Below, one piece after another: positions 34,944 through 45,959 of a stretch of 64,000 bases of DNA; positions within the stretch are counted from its first letter, which is position 1; each line of letters opens with the position of its first letter. The stretch is taken from positions 2,260,638-2,324,637 of the forward strand of contig CM121341.1 in the NCBI GenBank assembly GCA_051530055.1. The letters run 5' to 3'. The notes under the pieces were generated by a model, which was not told where the DNA came from, ran no database searches, and worked only from the letters and a program-made list of their open reading frames with translations. The translations under genes were made by a program, and so were the position numbers. This DNA comes from Neoechinorhynchus agilis (Eukaryota; Animalia; Acanthocephala).

Positions 34944-36390
34944 TACGCTATTGATTGTGCTGGCGTAAATGTGCATGTAAAAAAAGTGTGTTGGGCACAC
35001 AGAGTTTTTTGAAATAAAGAAGGATCGCTGTGTGGTTCGTCCACCATGTCAACATCTGGCGACGAGGACAAATGGAAGACATGGATGGAGGGTATCATGG
35101 GACAGCAAAAGGTGTGGATGGAAGAGATGTTCAAAATGGTGTCCAAGACCCAGATCGAACAGAACAATGTGATACGGGGAGCACAGATAACCCCATTCCG
35201 CACTTTCGATTGAGTTGAGAACTGGGCCGAGTACGTAGAACAAGCCGAAGCCCACATGGAAATCAATGGAATCAAAGAAAGCGACGAAGAAAAGCGTAGA
35301 TCCTGTATATTGGCCTGGATGGGTCCAAAGATTTACACAGAGCTAAAGAAGATGGTAGCCGGCCGACCGTTCGACGAAGTCAGCTATGTAGATGTCAAGT
35401 CGCTGATTGACGCTTACGTAGCACAGCCAATGCACCAGATAACGGCGCGCTACCTCTTTAGTACATGCCGTAAAGCAGAAGGACAAACTCACGCCGAGTG
35501 GGCTACAGCACCACGAGGAGCTGCACGAGGATGCGGTTTCTACAACAAGGAAGTTAAGGATGAACGATCAGCGGTCGACGAAAGGATTAAGGATCATATA
35601 ATCGTGGCGACACCCTCGAAAGCTTTAAGAAAAGCTGCGATGCAAGGCAAGGATTCAGCATCATTGGAGGAAGTCTTAAAGATTGCCGAAGCGATCGAGG
35701 TAGCAGAAAAGGCGAGTGAGCTGTTATGTGATTCAAAAAGTAACGAGCGTTCGGATCAAAGAGGAGAGGTCGAGGTTGATCGAATAATAAGAAGTCAAAG
35801 GTTCACAAGGAAATCAGAGGATAAGCGAGTACAAGAACCGAAAGAGAAGTTCGGTAATCGATGTGGAAAGTGCGGATTCGTTCATCGAGATAAAGTTCAA
35901 TGTCCGGCAAGTAGAGGAAAATGTTACAAGTGTAGTATTAGCGGACATTTTGCCCAAATGTGTAGAAAAGCGTGGGTGAGACAAGTAGAAGCGGTAAAAG
36001 GAGTGCAGCCTAGAGAGGATGAGTGGGAACTTAAGAAAGGTTATGGTTGTTATGGGCTAATCTGCACTGCAAATGACGAGGGTAATCGAGCAGAAATAAC
36101 GGCGATGGTCGATGGATGTCAAGTGACAATGAATTTTGATACTGGCGCGGAAGTTAGTATCATCGACGAGGACATGTGGAGTAAGATCGGAAAGCCGAGT
36201 TTGAAAGCGACGAAGCGATTGAAGGCGTTTTGAAGGATCCGAAATCGACTGTCTGGGCAAGTGCAAAGTGAGAATCGAAACAAGAGGGATAAAGAAGAAT
36301 ACAGTGGTGCACGTGGTAAAAGGAACGAAGGGATGTTTATGGGGGATTGGCTGGATAAAGCTGTTTGATATGGAGTTACCCCCTTCAGTG
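34943..36390 (+). mobile_element. Gypsy 5' half: LTR, PBS, gag and protease
   Basis: LTR ends gtcaaca at 35054; PBS tggcgacgagga at 35057-35068 (complementary to a tRNA-Ser-type 3' end); CYKCSISGHFAQMC zinc knuckle; FDTGAEVSII protease motif. Confidence 0.9.
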
Positions 36391-36721
36391 ATCGTCAGGG
36401 AAGCTCCTCGGGGGTTCTTTATTGTTGATTGCTAAGGTATTCGGGGCAACGCTCCCTTTTTCGATAAATTGTAATCTGTTGTTTAAGAAGGATTTCAATG
36501 ATTTGATTAGTAAGGCGGCAATACCAAATTTAGAGCATGTGTCAAGGAGAAGATTCATAGTTGTTTCGGATTTCATTGGTCGAAATCGGTGGACAATTTT
36601 CCATGTATTTCGCATCTAACGAATGCGATTGTAAAAAACAAACCTTGAAGGAAAAACAAGTCGCATTTCTCGACAAAATCTAGGTTATAAACAATCGCGA
36701 ATGTAGGACTCATTTTGGCAA

Positions 36722-37192
36722 ATGACTGACCAATCAAAGGATGTGAAGAATTACGACCAAGAACTTCGGGAGGCTTTCGAGAGACTTGACAATGACAAAA
36801 GTGGATCTATTGAGAAATGTGACCTTGCATTAGGATTGAAGAATTTGGGTTTGAATTTGGACGAAAAGGACTTTGAACAGATTTTCGCTTTCATGGACAA
36901 AAATCTGGATGGAAAACTAGATTTTGAAGAGTTTAAAAAGGTTACTGAAATTGCAGAATTCCAAACCAAGAATTTCGAGCGCAATGCTACGAAGGACCTT
37001 TTTGAACAACTCGACACTGACAAGAGCGGCAAACTTGACTTTTTAGAGGTTCAACGAGGTCTCACTAAAATGGGTTTAAAGATGTCCAATGATGATTTTC
37101 TTCGCCTGTTCGACGTTATGGACGTAGACAAGAGCGGACACATCGATTTTGAGGAGTTCTGCAAAGTCGTTCATATCGCGAAGATTGCGTAA
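36722..37192 (+). CDS. Calmodulin-like four-EF-hand protein, 156 aa, intronless
   Basis: Loops DNDKSGSIEKCD, DKNLDGKLDFEE, DTDKSGKLDFLE, DVDKSGHIDFEE. Confidence 0.9.
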   Translation: MTDQSKDVKNYDQELREAFERLDNDKSGSIEKCDLALGLKNLGLNLDEKDFEQIFAFMDKNLDGKLDFEEFKKVTEIAEFQTKNFERNATKDLFEQLDTDKSGKLDFLEVQRGLTKMGLKMSNDDFLRLFDVMDVDKSGHIDFEEFCKVVHIAKIA

Positions 37193-37349
37193 AATTTTGT
37201 TAGAATTAAGCGTTAGCAATAAACAATAATCGACGAAAGTTGCTTAGTTTTTATCTATCACTGAAGAAAACGCAAAAAATAATCTAAGTGGTTAAATAGT
37301 TATTCTGCACTTACACGCGTTTTTGGTGGATTGTGTTGCTTAATTTTTT

Positions 37350-38390
37350 AGCTATGAAGACAGAGTTTGTAACCTCGTGGCTCACCTATTGTTCAAGTTC
37401 TGGCTAATCTCATCATGGATCGATGATATATTCTTTATTTGACCCGGTGATGAACAGAGTGCTGATCAGTTCCGGGAACATCTCAACCGCGAGCAAATTC
37501 ACTATGAATAGATGCGATAAAAATGGGAGGTTGCCGTTTCTAGATGTGTTGATTCAGAAAAAAATGGAACACGAATTACTACCTTCGTCTACAGAAAGGT
37601 AACTGAAACAAATAATTGTATAATTTGGAACAGTGCCCATAATAAGAGCACAAAAGTTGGTACATTCCGAGGCTTTCTGCATCGTGCCTACAACATCGGC
37701 AGTTAGGAGTGCCTCGGAGATGAGATCCACAATTTTCAGCAAGTTTGCATCCCCCAAAGATGTTCTTACTTCAGCGCGAGAGCAAGTGGACCGAACGACG
37801 AACAATCAGTCAAACGAAACATTCATAGGACCGAATCGAATGGACCTGTGCATTGGAGTCCCGGAGATGGACCCACAAACCAACTCTTGGCGTAACAGAA
37901 TCTCTATGATAATTAAGAACAGCGGTCTGCCGATAAAACACCAATTTTATTTTCAACCTTCAGTGCTGATAGGAAACCTCTTTTCCCGGAAACTCACCAG
38001 AAGGTGGAAAAGAGGGCTGCTGTCTACAAAGTTTCTTATGGCCACTGCACTAGCAATTACATTGGACAAACAAGCAGGAATCTGAAGACGAGAAACATAA
38101 ACGGTCAAAGATTTAGAAGGTGGTATCCTCGAATGTCGCATTGAACGAGGTACAAACTGGCCAGTGGCCAATTATGACCAGACAATGTTTTTAGCAAGTG
38201 ACCATAATAACTTTCGACGCTTAATTGAGGAAGCCTTCTTAATCAAAGAACAAAAACCGGACATGAATGACTAACGAGATTACAAACTCTTTCTTCATAG
38301 CTAAAAAATGGTACAAAACAATCAACCACGAGCGCGTTGTTCATAATCAAACTGATGATGAGCCCGACGAAGTTCGAAGCGTTTTTAGAC
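37350..38390 (+). mobile_element. Degenerate Penelope-like element (RT C-terminus, GIY-YIG, terminal repeat with hammerhead-like motif)
   Basis: LANLIMD..IDDIF, LPFLDVLI, FVYRK, VYKVSYGHCTSNYIGQTSRNLKTR, EAFLIKEQKPDMN; ctgatgatgagcccgacgaagttcgaagcg at ~38352; terminal-repeat tail resumes at 39295-39345. Confidence 0.85.
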
Positions 38391-39240
38391 AGGCGCTAAC
38401 CAAGTTCCCGTGAATGGCCTCAGACAGTCGATCTGGGACGGACCTCTTGTCGCGAGAGCTCACAGCTCTCTTCTTTCAGGTTCTCGCGATGGGGTCGTCC
38501 GAGCTAGACTGTTGGCAGTTTCAACACGAGAATCTGGGGCGTGGTTGGAGGCTGTTCCTCTGGCATCTGTGGGAACTCTTCTTACTGACGAGGTGACGAG
38601 GATCGCAGTATCCTTAAGACTCGGTCTCCCGATATGCACGCCCCATCGCTGTCGATGTGGGTCTTTGGTTGATGCTTTCGGGCGACACGGTCTCGTCTGC
38701 AGAAGGTCAGCAGGAAGGTTCTCACGCCATTCTGAAATCAATAACGCAATTTCTCGGGCGTTGAGAACGGCGAACTTCCCGAACATCCTGGAACCCGCCC
38801 ACCTCTGCAGACTAGACGGCCGTAGGCCCGATGGAATTTCGGTCTTCCCGTGGCGGGAGGGCAAATGCCTTCTCTGGGACGCCACGTGTGTGGATACCCT
38901 CGCAGCCAGCAACATCCCCTACTCCCTCGAAATCGCCGGTGGTGCCGCCAGTGCAGCGGAAGGGAGGAAGGTACGAAAATATATGCAGCTATCGAGGGCT
39001 CACTATTTTGTCCCCTTTGGGGTAGAGACGTATGGAGCGCTCGGCAGCTCGGCACTCTCTCTGCTCAAGGATCTCTCGAAGAAATTGAGAGGCAACCGGA
39101 GACTCAAGAGCAGGCTTATTTCTTCGACAAAATATCTCGCTGGCAGTACAACGGGGCAATGCTGCCAGCGTGATGGCGACGGTCGAGGAAGGACAAAAGC
39201 TGGAATTTGGTGGGAGGTGGTGAATGTAAAGAAAAGTAAC
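38390..39240 (+). mobile_element. 5'-truncated CRE-clade element with CCHC and RLE endonuclease
   Basis: CRCGSLVDAFGRHGLVC...RHSEIN...EP..L...DGRRPDG...PWREGKCLLWDATCVDT...FVPFGVETYG; frameshift near the end. Confidence 0.9.
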
Positions 39241-39887
39241 CAAATGTGGCTTGTTGAACATTTCATCCGAAGAAGAGATTTACTGGGTGAATGCCTAAAC
39301 AATAATTCTAATCATACAATCCGGTATCTAACGTATCGACATTTTAAAATTTGATTGTTATTGCATTCCAATTTGATTCCTTTATATCCGAAGCATCCGA
39401 GTCGACGAACTTTTTTTTTTAATATTCATGACTCATTTAATAAATTCGGATAAACTTTGTTATCGTTTCAGCGTATTCCTTAAACCCTGTTTTAATTGCG
39501 AAATGGAATTTAAATAAGATTATAAAAACTAGATTGAAGTGACAAAGACCTATACAAAAATAACGTGCGAATGGATTTCAAAAATAATTCCGGTTTCTTA
39601 ATTTCAGCAGTGTAGTATGCCCAATCGATATTATTGGGGAATAAATGCATTGTTTGAACATTTAAAGCTACGTGTGAATTCTGTGAAGACGAGCAGCTGT
39701 CAGAATTATTTGTAGCCCAACCGGAGCTTTTCATCGCTAAAAAATCGCTCTTCTTGAAACAAAAAGCGCAACGATCCTGTAAATCGCAAATAAATATCAA
39801 TGAGATTATAGCGAATCGATGTTTTTTTCAATAAAATTCAATACAATTCATTTTGTTTGGGGATCAAGGGATGAAGTGTTGATTGTA

Positions 39888-42491
39888 TTATTCCGGTTTT
39901 TTGGATTCTGCACTTTTATTATCATCTCGTTCTTGCGATTCCCTAGCCAATCGATCACTCGCTTGAATCGTTGCTGTAGATTTACGGTTTTCCAAATCAT
40001 CCGTTTTATTTGATGGCGCTTCGAGGCTAAATGCTGATTGATGATCAATAAAACGTTCAATGTTATCTTCCTCGGCTCGCGTTACTGCTATAAATTGTGA
40101 AACTGGTGCGGTGAAAGATGAACCAGCTGAAGGATTCGTTATCGATCCAGGCGCCGTGGTTTGTTCAAGTTCAAAACATCGTTGGCAGTAATATAAATAG
40201 CCGCGACGATTCCGGAGTGTTTTTGTAATTTTTTTGCATATGCAACAAAATCGACGCTTGTTTAAGTGCTTGAACGTGGAATCGTTAGGATTCCGACGTT
40301 CTTGCTTATCCGACTTGGTTACTGCCTTTTCCTTTACAGCGATTGGCGGATTCACAGTTTCGGATTTGTCAATTTGTCGACCGACGCTGCTTGCCGCACT
40401 TTGATTGGCCTCGTTTTTAAATTTCCTACAAGTCTCGCATTGACACAATCCATCAGAATCATACATCGATGAGCTTTCGGCGATTCCGGGTTCTGGTACA
40501 ATTGATCCACTGTGCACCATTTCGATCAATTGATTTAAACAGGAATCATTTGCTGGATGTGGCGGCTCAACTTGAGATTGTTTCGGGGATGTTTCCGCAA
40601 TTTCGGCAGTATTCAACCATTCCTCGACTGCTTTTGCGGACAAACTGTAGCAAATTTCGCATATTTCAGTCCCAGGATGCAAAGGTGTTCCTTCGGTGAT
40701 ATTCTCAGCGCAAAGATGGCAGCTTAACTCATCATTCGCTTGCTGAGTTTCGGTATTACCGACAAATTCATTTTCCGGATTTCTCGTCGGAGTTTCACGA
40801 GCTGGTTCGTTTTGCAATGTTTGAACATCAGTTGAACGAGCGTTTTCCGGTGGAAGCTTGGATCCAGGAATGATAGTACCAATGCACTTTTGGCAGAATT
40901 TAAATTGTCCATAGCTGTACCATTCGGTGCTCTCTTTCGCTGAACATTTTGAGCAAGACGAATCATTGCACCGGCGATGTGGATCATACGATTCTTGAAG
41001 ATTTTCATTCGAAGGAACGACGGATCCAATGCATTCTTGGCATATACTCAGATGTCCATAAGTGTACCAGCTTGAGCTTTGATTTGTTCCACAGTAATCG
41101 CAACGTCGATTGCTGGTGGAATGATGATGTTGCGAACTCTCTGGTGCAGGATTTTCATTTGAAGTTAATGCTGGAGCATCACTGAACGTAGGATTCGTCG
41201 CTTGTGTTGGTGCTTGAGCAATATTTTGATTTGAAGCATTCGTTTGCGCTGCTCCCAAAGAAGCGCTTGTTTGTTGCCCAACTGCAGCATGAATGTTTGC
41301 CAATTGTGCCATAACTGAGAATGTACACAAATCCATGCATTTTTCGCAAATCCACAATTCCCCGAACTTTTGCCATCTCGAACTTTGGTTTATCTTACAT
41401 ATAACACAGATTCTGTCATCGTGAGAATTCTGTTGCTGTTCGCGATCAGTGGAACTGTTTCGATTGGGTTGAACTGCCGATGAACGTTGATGTTGATTAA
41501 AGTCCTGGGTTTGTCTATCACGAGACCTTATAAAAACCTTCCTGGCCATTTGAGGTGCACAATTCTTGCACAAAAGAAGATTATAGCAGCGATACCAGGA
41601 AGAGCATCTCATTCTATAGCATCTTTGACAGCTAATTCGCTCATTTGTTGACTGTCGAAACTTTGAAGAACTCCGACGAGCCGATATTTTTTGAGTGTTT
41701 GCATTTGGATCGCGATTACCACCATTTTTTTTATTTGAATCTTCGGCTGTTCTGAAAAGGGCATTTGCACATTTGTTACACAAGAATTTTTCTCTTTTGT
41801 AACACCAGGAAACACTATCATTGGTGCCACAAAGAAGACAAGGTTTTCCTGTTTTGCTTTTAAGCAAACGCGAATGAATGTTTTCTAAGCCGTGTTCTAA
41901 ATCTAAAAATTCATTGACAATTTCAACTCCAAGTATCCCGGCGTTATTGCAATTTGTAGCCTCCCGTCGAATCATGTTGTCAAGCTGTTTGGGAAGACAG
42001 CATTGTTCAATGATTCTTGATGGTTGTTCAGTTCTGGGTACATTTCGTCCAATTAATCCTTGAGCGTTTTGCGTCGCCGTAGAAGCTGCTGTTTGATCAT
42101 TGTTTTGAGCAGTGTCTGAAGATCGATTAACAAAATCAAATAACACTGGAAGGGAAGCAGCGATTATTGGAGCGACTGATCTCATGCTGGCCATAAGTTC
42201 GTTCATCAGGTTCACTTGTGGAGCTGGAACAGTCGCAGGAAACTGGTTTGTAATTCTCGGTGAATCATTGCGCAGGCCAAGAAGGTCGGTCAATTCATTT
42301 TGATTTGCTGGTGGATTGAGTCGACTATCACTTGCATCCCTCGCTCCCATTTGTTGCTCCAAGCTGCTTGTGATATGAGTACTCGCCGGTATGTGAATGT
42401 TTGAAGGATCGACTCTGGAGCCTGGATTTTGTAGCAGGTTTTCCACTTGGTCAGGAAGGCATCGAAGAATGTCATATACTGCGGGATCCAT
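39888..42491 (-). CDS. 867-aa intronless protein with seven CX2CX16CX2C GATA-like zinc fingers
   Basis: Uninterrupted 2.6-kb ORF; seven evenly spaced four-Cys motifs, five with Trp at the GATA position, separated by S/T/N/Q-rich linkers. Confidence 0.85.
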   Translation of the reverse strand: MDPAVYDILRCLPDQVENLLQNPGSRVDPSNIHIPASTHITSSLEQQMGARDASDSRLNPPANQNELTDLLGLRNDSPRITNQFPATVPAPQVNLMNELMASMRSVAPIIAASLPVLFDFVNRSSDTAQNNDQTAASTATQNAQGLIGRNVPRTEQPSRIIEQCCLPKQLDNMIRREATNCNNAGILGVEIVNEFLDLEHGLENIHSRLLKSKTGKPCLLCGTNDSVSWCYKREKFLCNKCANALFRTAEDSNKKNGGNRDPNANTQKISARRSSSKFRQSTNERISCQRCYRMRCSSWYRCYNLLLCKNCAPQMARKVFIRSRDRQTQDFNQHQRSSAVQPNRNSSTDREQQQNSHDDRICVICKINQSSRWQKFGELWICEKCMDLCTFSVMAQLANIHAAVGQQTSASLGAAQTNASNQNIAQAPTQATNPTFSDAPALTSNENPAPESSQHHHSTSNRRCDYCGTNQSSSWYTYGHLSICQECIGSVVPSNENLQESYDPHRRCNDSSCSKCSAKESTEWYSYGQFKFCQKCIGTIIPGSKLPPENARSTDVQTLQNEPARETPTRNPENEFVGNTETQQANDELSCHLCAENITEGTPLHPGTEICEICYSLSAKAVEEWLNTAEIAETSPKQSQVEPPHPANDSCLNQLIEMVHSGSIVPEPGIAESSSMYDSDGLCQCETCRKFKNEANQSAASSVGRQIDKSETVNPPIAVKEKAVTKSDKQERRNPNDSTFKHLNKRRFCCICKKITKTLRNRRGYLYYCQRCFELEQTTAPGSITNPSAGSSFTAPVSQFIAVTRAEEDNIERFIDHQSAFSLEAPSNKTDDLENRKSTATIQASDRLARESQERDDNKSAESKKPE

Positions 42492-43352
42492 TGGTGAAAC
42501 TAAATGTTCGGATTAATGAAGAGAATTTAGAAATTTTATAAAAGTATCGCGTTCTATCTTAACTAAGACGAATGATCCGGGATTTTTCAGAGCGCATATA
42601 TATATACCTATGGCTTAGAAACAATGATTTGACGAATGAGCTTGTTTTGTACACATCGCTCATACAGTCCTATGGGAGGTTCTTGGATGTGTTTTCCATA
42701 ATGGTTTCCCCTTTAGTCATGACTTTCTAACCAGCAAATGTTTTGCAAAACAAAAAACTAATAATATTGTAAATTAACGGACGTAAAAGAACATAGAAAG
42801 TTAGAACTTTTGAAGGCCGGTTATGTTCGTTTAAGAACTTAAAATACTACCTTCTTGAACAGCTTGCTTTCCAGCTCACAACGTTCTGAAATACAAAATA
42901 TTATTTGCTTTGGATATTATCCTTGTGAAATACTACTTGATTCTCCAGCCGCACGTTCGATAAAAATATTGTTTGTTTTTTGAACAACATGCAAATATTT
43001 TTCGATTGAAACTGTATTCTATAATACATTTTTTAGCGGAATAATAAATTTCCTTTAAATTTAATACAGGTGTTTGTTTTACATGAGATTAGCTGTAAAG
43101 CGCAAATGCCGATTTAATGCAATGCTTTTCGGGTTTTTTGTACGACAAACTTTTGTGTATTTGTATCAAAATTTGAATATCACGGAACGATTTTTTGAAC
43201 TATTTTTGCGTACCATGTATTATCCTTGATTTAAAAATAAGAGATTGAGGCTCAACGGAAGGAACAATCGTTGCTTGTAACGGTGCTGTGATCTCATTGG
43301 CGGCCGAAAAGTATTTCATGCTTCATGCGCCAATGATATTTCTACTAAATCA

Positions 43353-43830
43353 TCAACTGAGCGTAGTTTCAGTAAACGAAAATATAAATAGTTTATACTG
43401 TTTTGGGGCGATGGGAAACTCAATAAGACCAAATAAATAGCTAATGCGAAGCCGTAATGCTTTCTTACAGGAAGGTAGTTTCAAATAAAATCCGTTCGAG
43501 ACAATTTTCATTTTATTTTTCGTTTCTTGCCTATGTCTCAAGCGAGTTACGATGCACGCCATAAAACTAATGATAATCAAAACAGACAATACAATTGCAC
43601 CAATAATCAATATCCAATTGGTGCTTCTTGGCACCGCTTTTCGGGATGCAATGTTTTTAGACATTATTGAATCATCTGCTAGACGAGTTGAAGCTATCGT
43701 TGATTCTGTAGTCGACGACGTTGATCTTTCAGTTGTTGCAGTCTTAAATGTAATTGGCGCTTTTGTTGCTGTTGTAAACAATTCGACAGCATCTAAACAA
43801 ACAAAAGATTCATTGACTTTCAACGCTTCT
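43353..43830 (-). CDS. C-terminal part of a type I membrane protein (Thr/Ser stalk, TM, basic tail); 5' exons not identified
   Basis: TTATKAPITFKTATTERSTSSTTES, then WILIIGAIVLSVLIIISFMACIV, then RLRHR. Confidence 0.55.
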
Positions 43831-44419
43831 AAGATTATACATCCACTTCAGGTAATAAAAGATATGAATCGTTGTTAATGGAATTTGACGAACAGTCTGG
43901 CCAAAAATTAAAGGCAATTAAAAATTCTTTATGTCAGCGAAGATTAAAAAAGATACGATAAATTAATAAAATAAAAATGCGATGTAAATTAAGCTTTGTT
44001 AAAGCATATTAATTCTCCTTTTTTTCGAAAATCAAAAATGACCAGAAACGGTGGTGAATTCCGCAGTCATTGCTCGTTATTTTGAAAGTGATTAGGGTTT
44101 TCAGTTTTTATGTATTAATGTATGACGCTATATTTTATCGGTTAGATAAAAAATTATTGTAAGAGGAACCAATTCCACGGATGTTTCAATTAAACGCTTA
44201 TTTGTAAGTTGGTTTGAATACAAAAATGTTAAAAAATTTTGAATATTCGCTCGGCCAGTGGCACAAAACAACGTGGACATAAAATCGATATAAGAAATTA
44301 AAGCATTCAAGTTTATTTTAGTAGGTGACGCTGCTCAGTCCCATGAAGATGCATTGGCACGCTTAGTCGACTAATTTGCAGGGAGAAAGTTGATTCCGAA
44401 AGCAATGGAGTTATTTTTC

Positions 44420-44495
44420 AGCGCAGGACCCAAAGGTACATGGGTTCCATTCTTTTGGCTTGAATAAAAACGTGTTATTATTAAAGAGATTGTGC
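44420..44495 (+). mobile_element. LINE 3' end
   Basis: ggacccaaaggtacatgggttcc hairpin followed by aataaaaacgtgttattatt. Confidence 0.6.
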
Positions 44496-44739
44496 CGAAA
44501 TAATCGGATTTTAAAATAAAAATTTAAATCACGAAAAAAGTACACATTTAGAATCAGCAAGTCTTGATGGTTACGATAGACACCTTTAGGGCGTTTTTCT
44601 ATGAAAAAAATTAAAATCTCGACAAAAAGTAAATATTTGGAATCAAACAAAATACATCTCTAGGACATTCTTCTTTGGTGCAAAAATTAAAATATATAAT
44701 TTTAGATATAGAGAATTGCTTCGATTTCTTAAAATCACC

Positions 44740-45210
44740 ATATTCAGTTTCATTGTTGTTTTTGTGACGTTTCTCACCCAAACATTTATTTGATCGAATT
44801 TTCGAGACTCGCCGTTCTAGCAGGGGCCAAATTAAGCAGGATTTTAACAGAAAATAAAAGCATCGAACAATTTCCCATAAAAAATAACACGAGGATTTTA
44901 GGAATAGACTTTTCCTCAACCCGACGACGAACTACAATGAATTCGAATCTGGGTTCACTTTTTATTAAGATAATAAAATTAAATCCTAGAATAAATATAT
45001 TGAAGCAGGTCCCATATCCATTTTTAAATCTATGTTAGGAGGAGCGTTTTGTTTCTTTGGACGACGGAATCAATAAAGAAGGAAGGATCAAGGCAAAATG
45101 GAGTGAGATCGCGATGATCAACAAGCAAGGCAATATAATAAAATACGATTGTTTTTGTGACGTTTCTCACCCAGGCATTTATTTGATCGAATTTTCGAGA
45201 CTCGCCGGTC
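44740..45210 (+). mobile_element. LINE RT fragments with an internal ~55-bp duplication
   Basis: RILGIDFS...INILKQ; ttgtgacgtttctcaccc...gagactcgccg occurs at ~44760 and ~45155. Confidence 0.5.
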
Positions 45211-45662
45211 TCCTCTTCAGGTGTTGTCAACATCTGAAACACAAACAAAAGCTCGCTCATCATCAATTTACGTTTCGATTCAGGACCTCGGGTCCGTCAT
45301 GCCCGTTAGCAGAGGCGCAATTTTCCGTGCTGCTACCCTGGGGGGAACTTAGGTCGTGAGCGGATATCTGTGGTTGATAACTCCAGGGTCACATTCCCTT
45401 TGTTGCCTTCCATACGCTCTTGTCGCTCGGCCTGTTCTATCATCATGGAGGCACTGGAATTTTTAAGGAATTGGTTGGCCGTTTGCCACCCTCTGCTACA
45501 GCGCGACCTCTTCCACCTTCTCAGGGATTAACCCATCCTGGAAATTTTGACGGGATGCAGAATGTATTTCAACCGATGATCCCAAACGAGTACGATCCAC
45601 TCGTACCAAATGACTATGAGCGCATTAACGCTGCTCAAAATGTTTTATCATTTCGTAACAAC

Positions 45663-45950
45663 TTACGAGTACCACAGATTAAATTCAATGCCTTCCTTAC
45701 GATACAAATCCCTTTCGATACGCCCCCCTTTTTTCACTATCTTCACATCTAGGAATGATGTGCAGTTGTCTCTTTCATAGGTAACTGTCCCTTGGACACT
45801 CGAGTCCTGCGGGTTTAGCATCGTTTGTAGGTTCACCGTTGTGATCATGCAGACGTCATCAACATAACTCCACCAGTGTTGGATACCGGATATCAGATTC
45901 TGGCGATCCCATAGAAATTCCTTCGACTTGCTCATAGAATCCATTCTCGA
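45663..45950 (-). mobile_element. Penelope-like RT fragment
   Basis: WWSYVDDVCMI...SFLDVKI...LYRK. Confidence 0.7.
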
Positions 45951-45959
45951 ATGAAAACC

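Larger units (their letters stand above)
33630..36620 (-). mobile_element. Second LINE copy (33630-33860 and 36395-36620) interrupted by Gypsy sequence
   Basis: 33630-33700 matches 28357-28420; 33745-33850 matches 29178-29288; 36400-36520 matches 29365-29480. Confidence 0.75.

Noticed and set aside
44130-44410. Faint leucine-rich-repeat-like words upstream of the TM ORF at 43353
   Set aside because: The fragments sit in different frames with stops, next to a LINE end; too weak to call.
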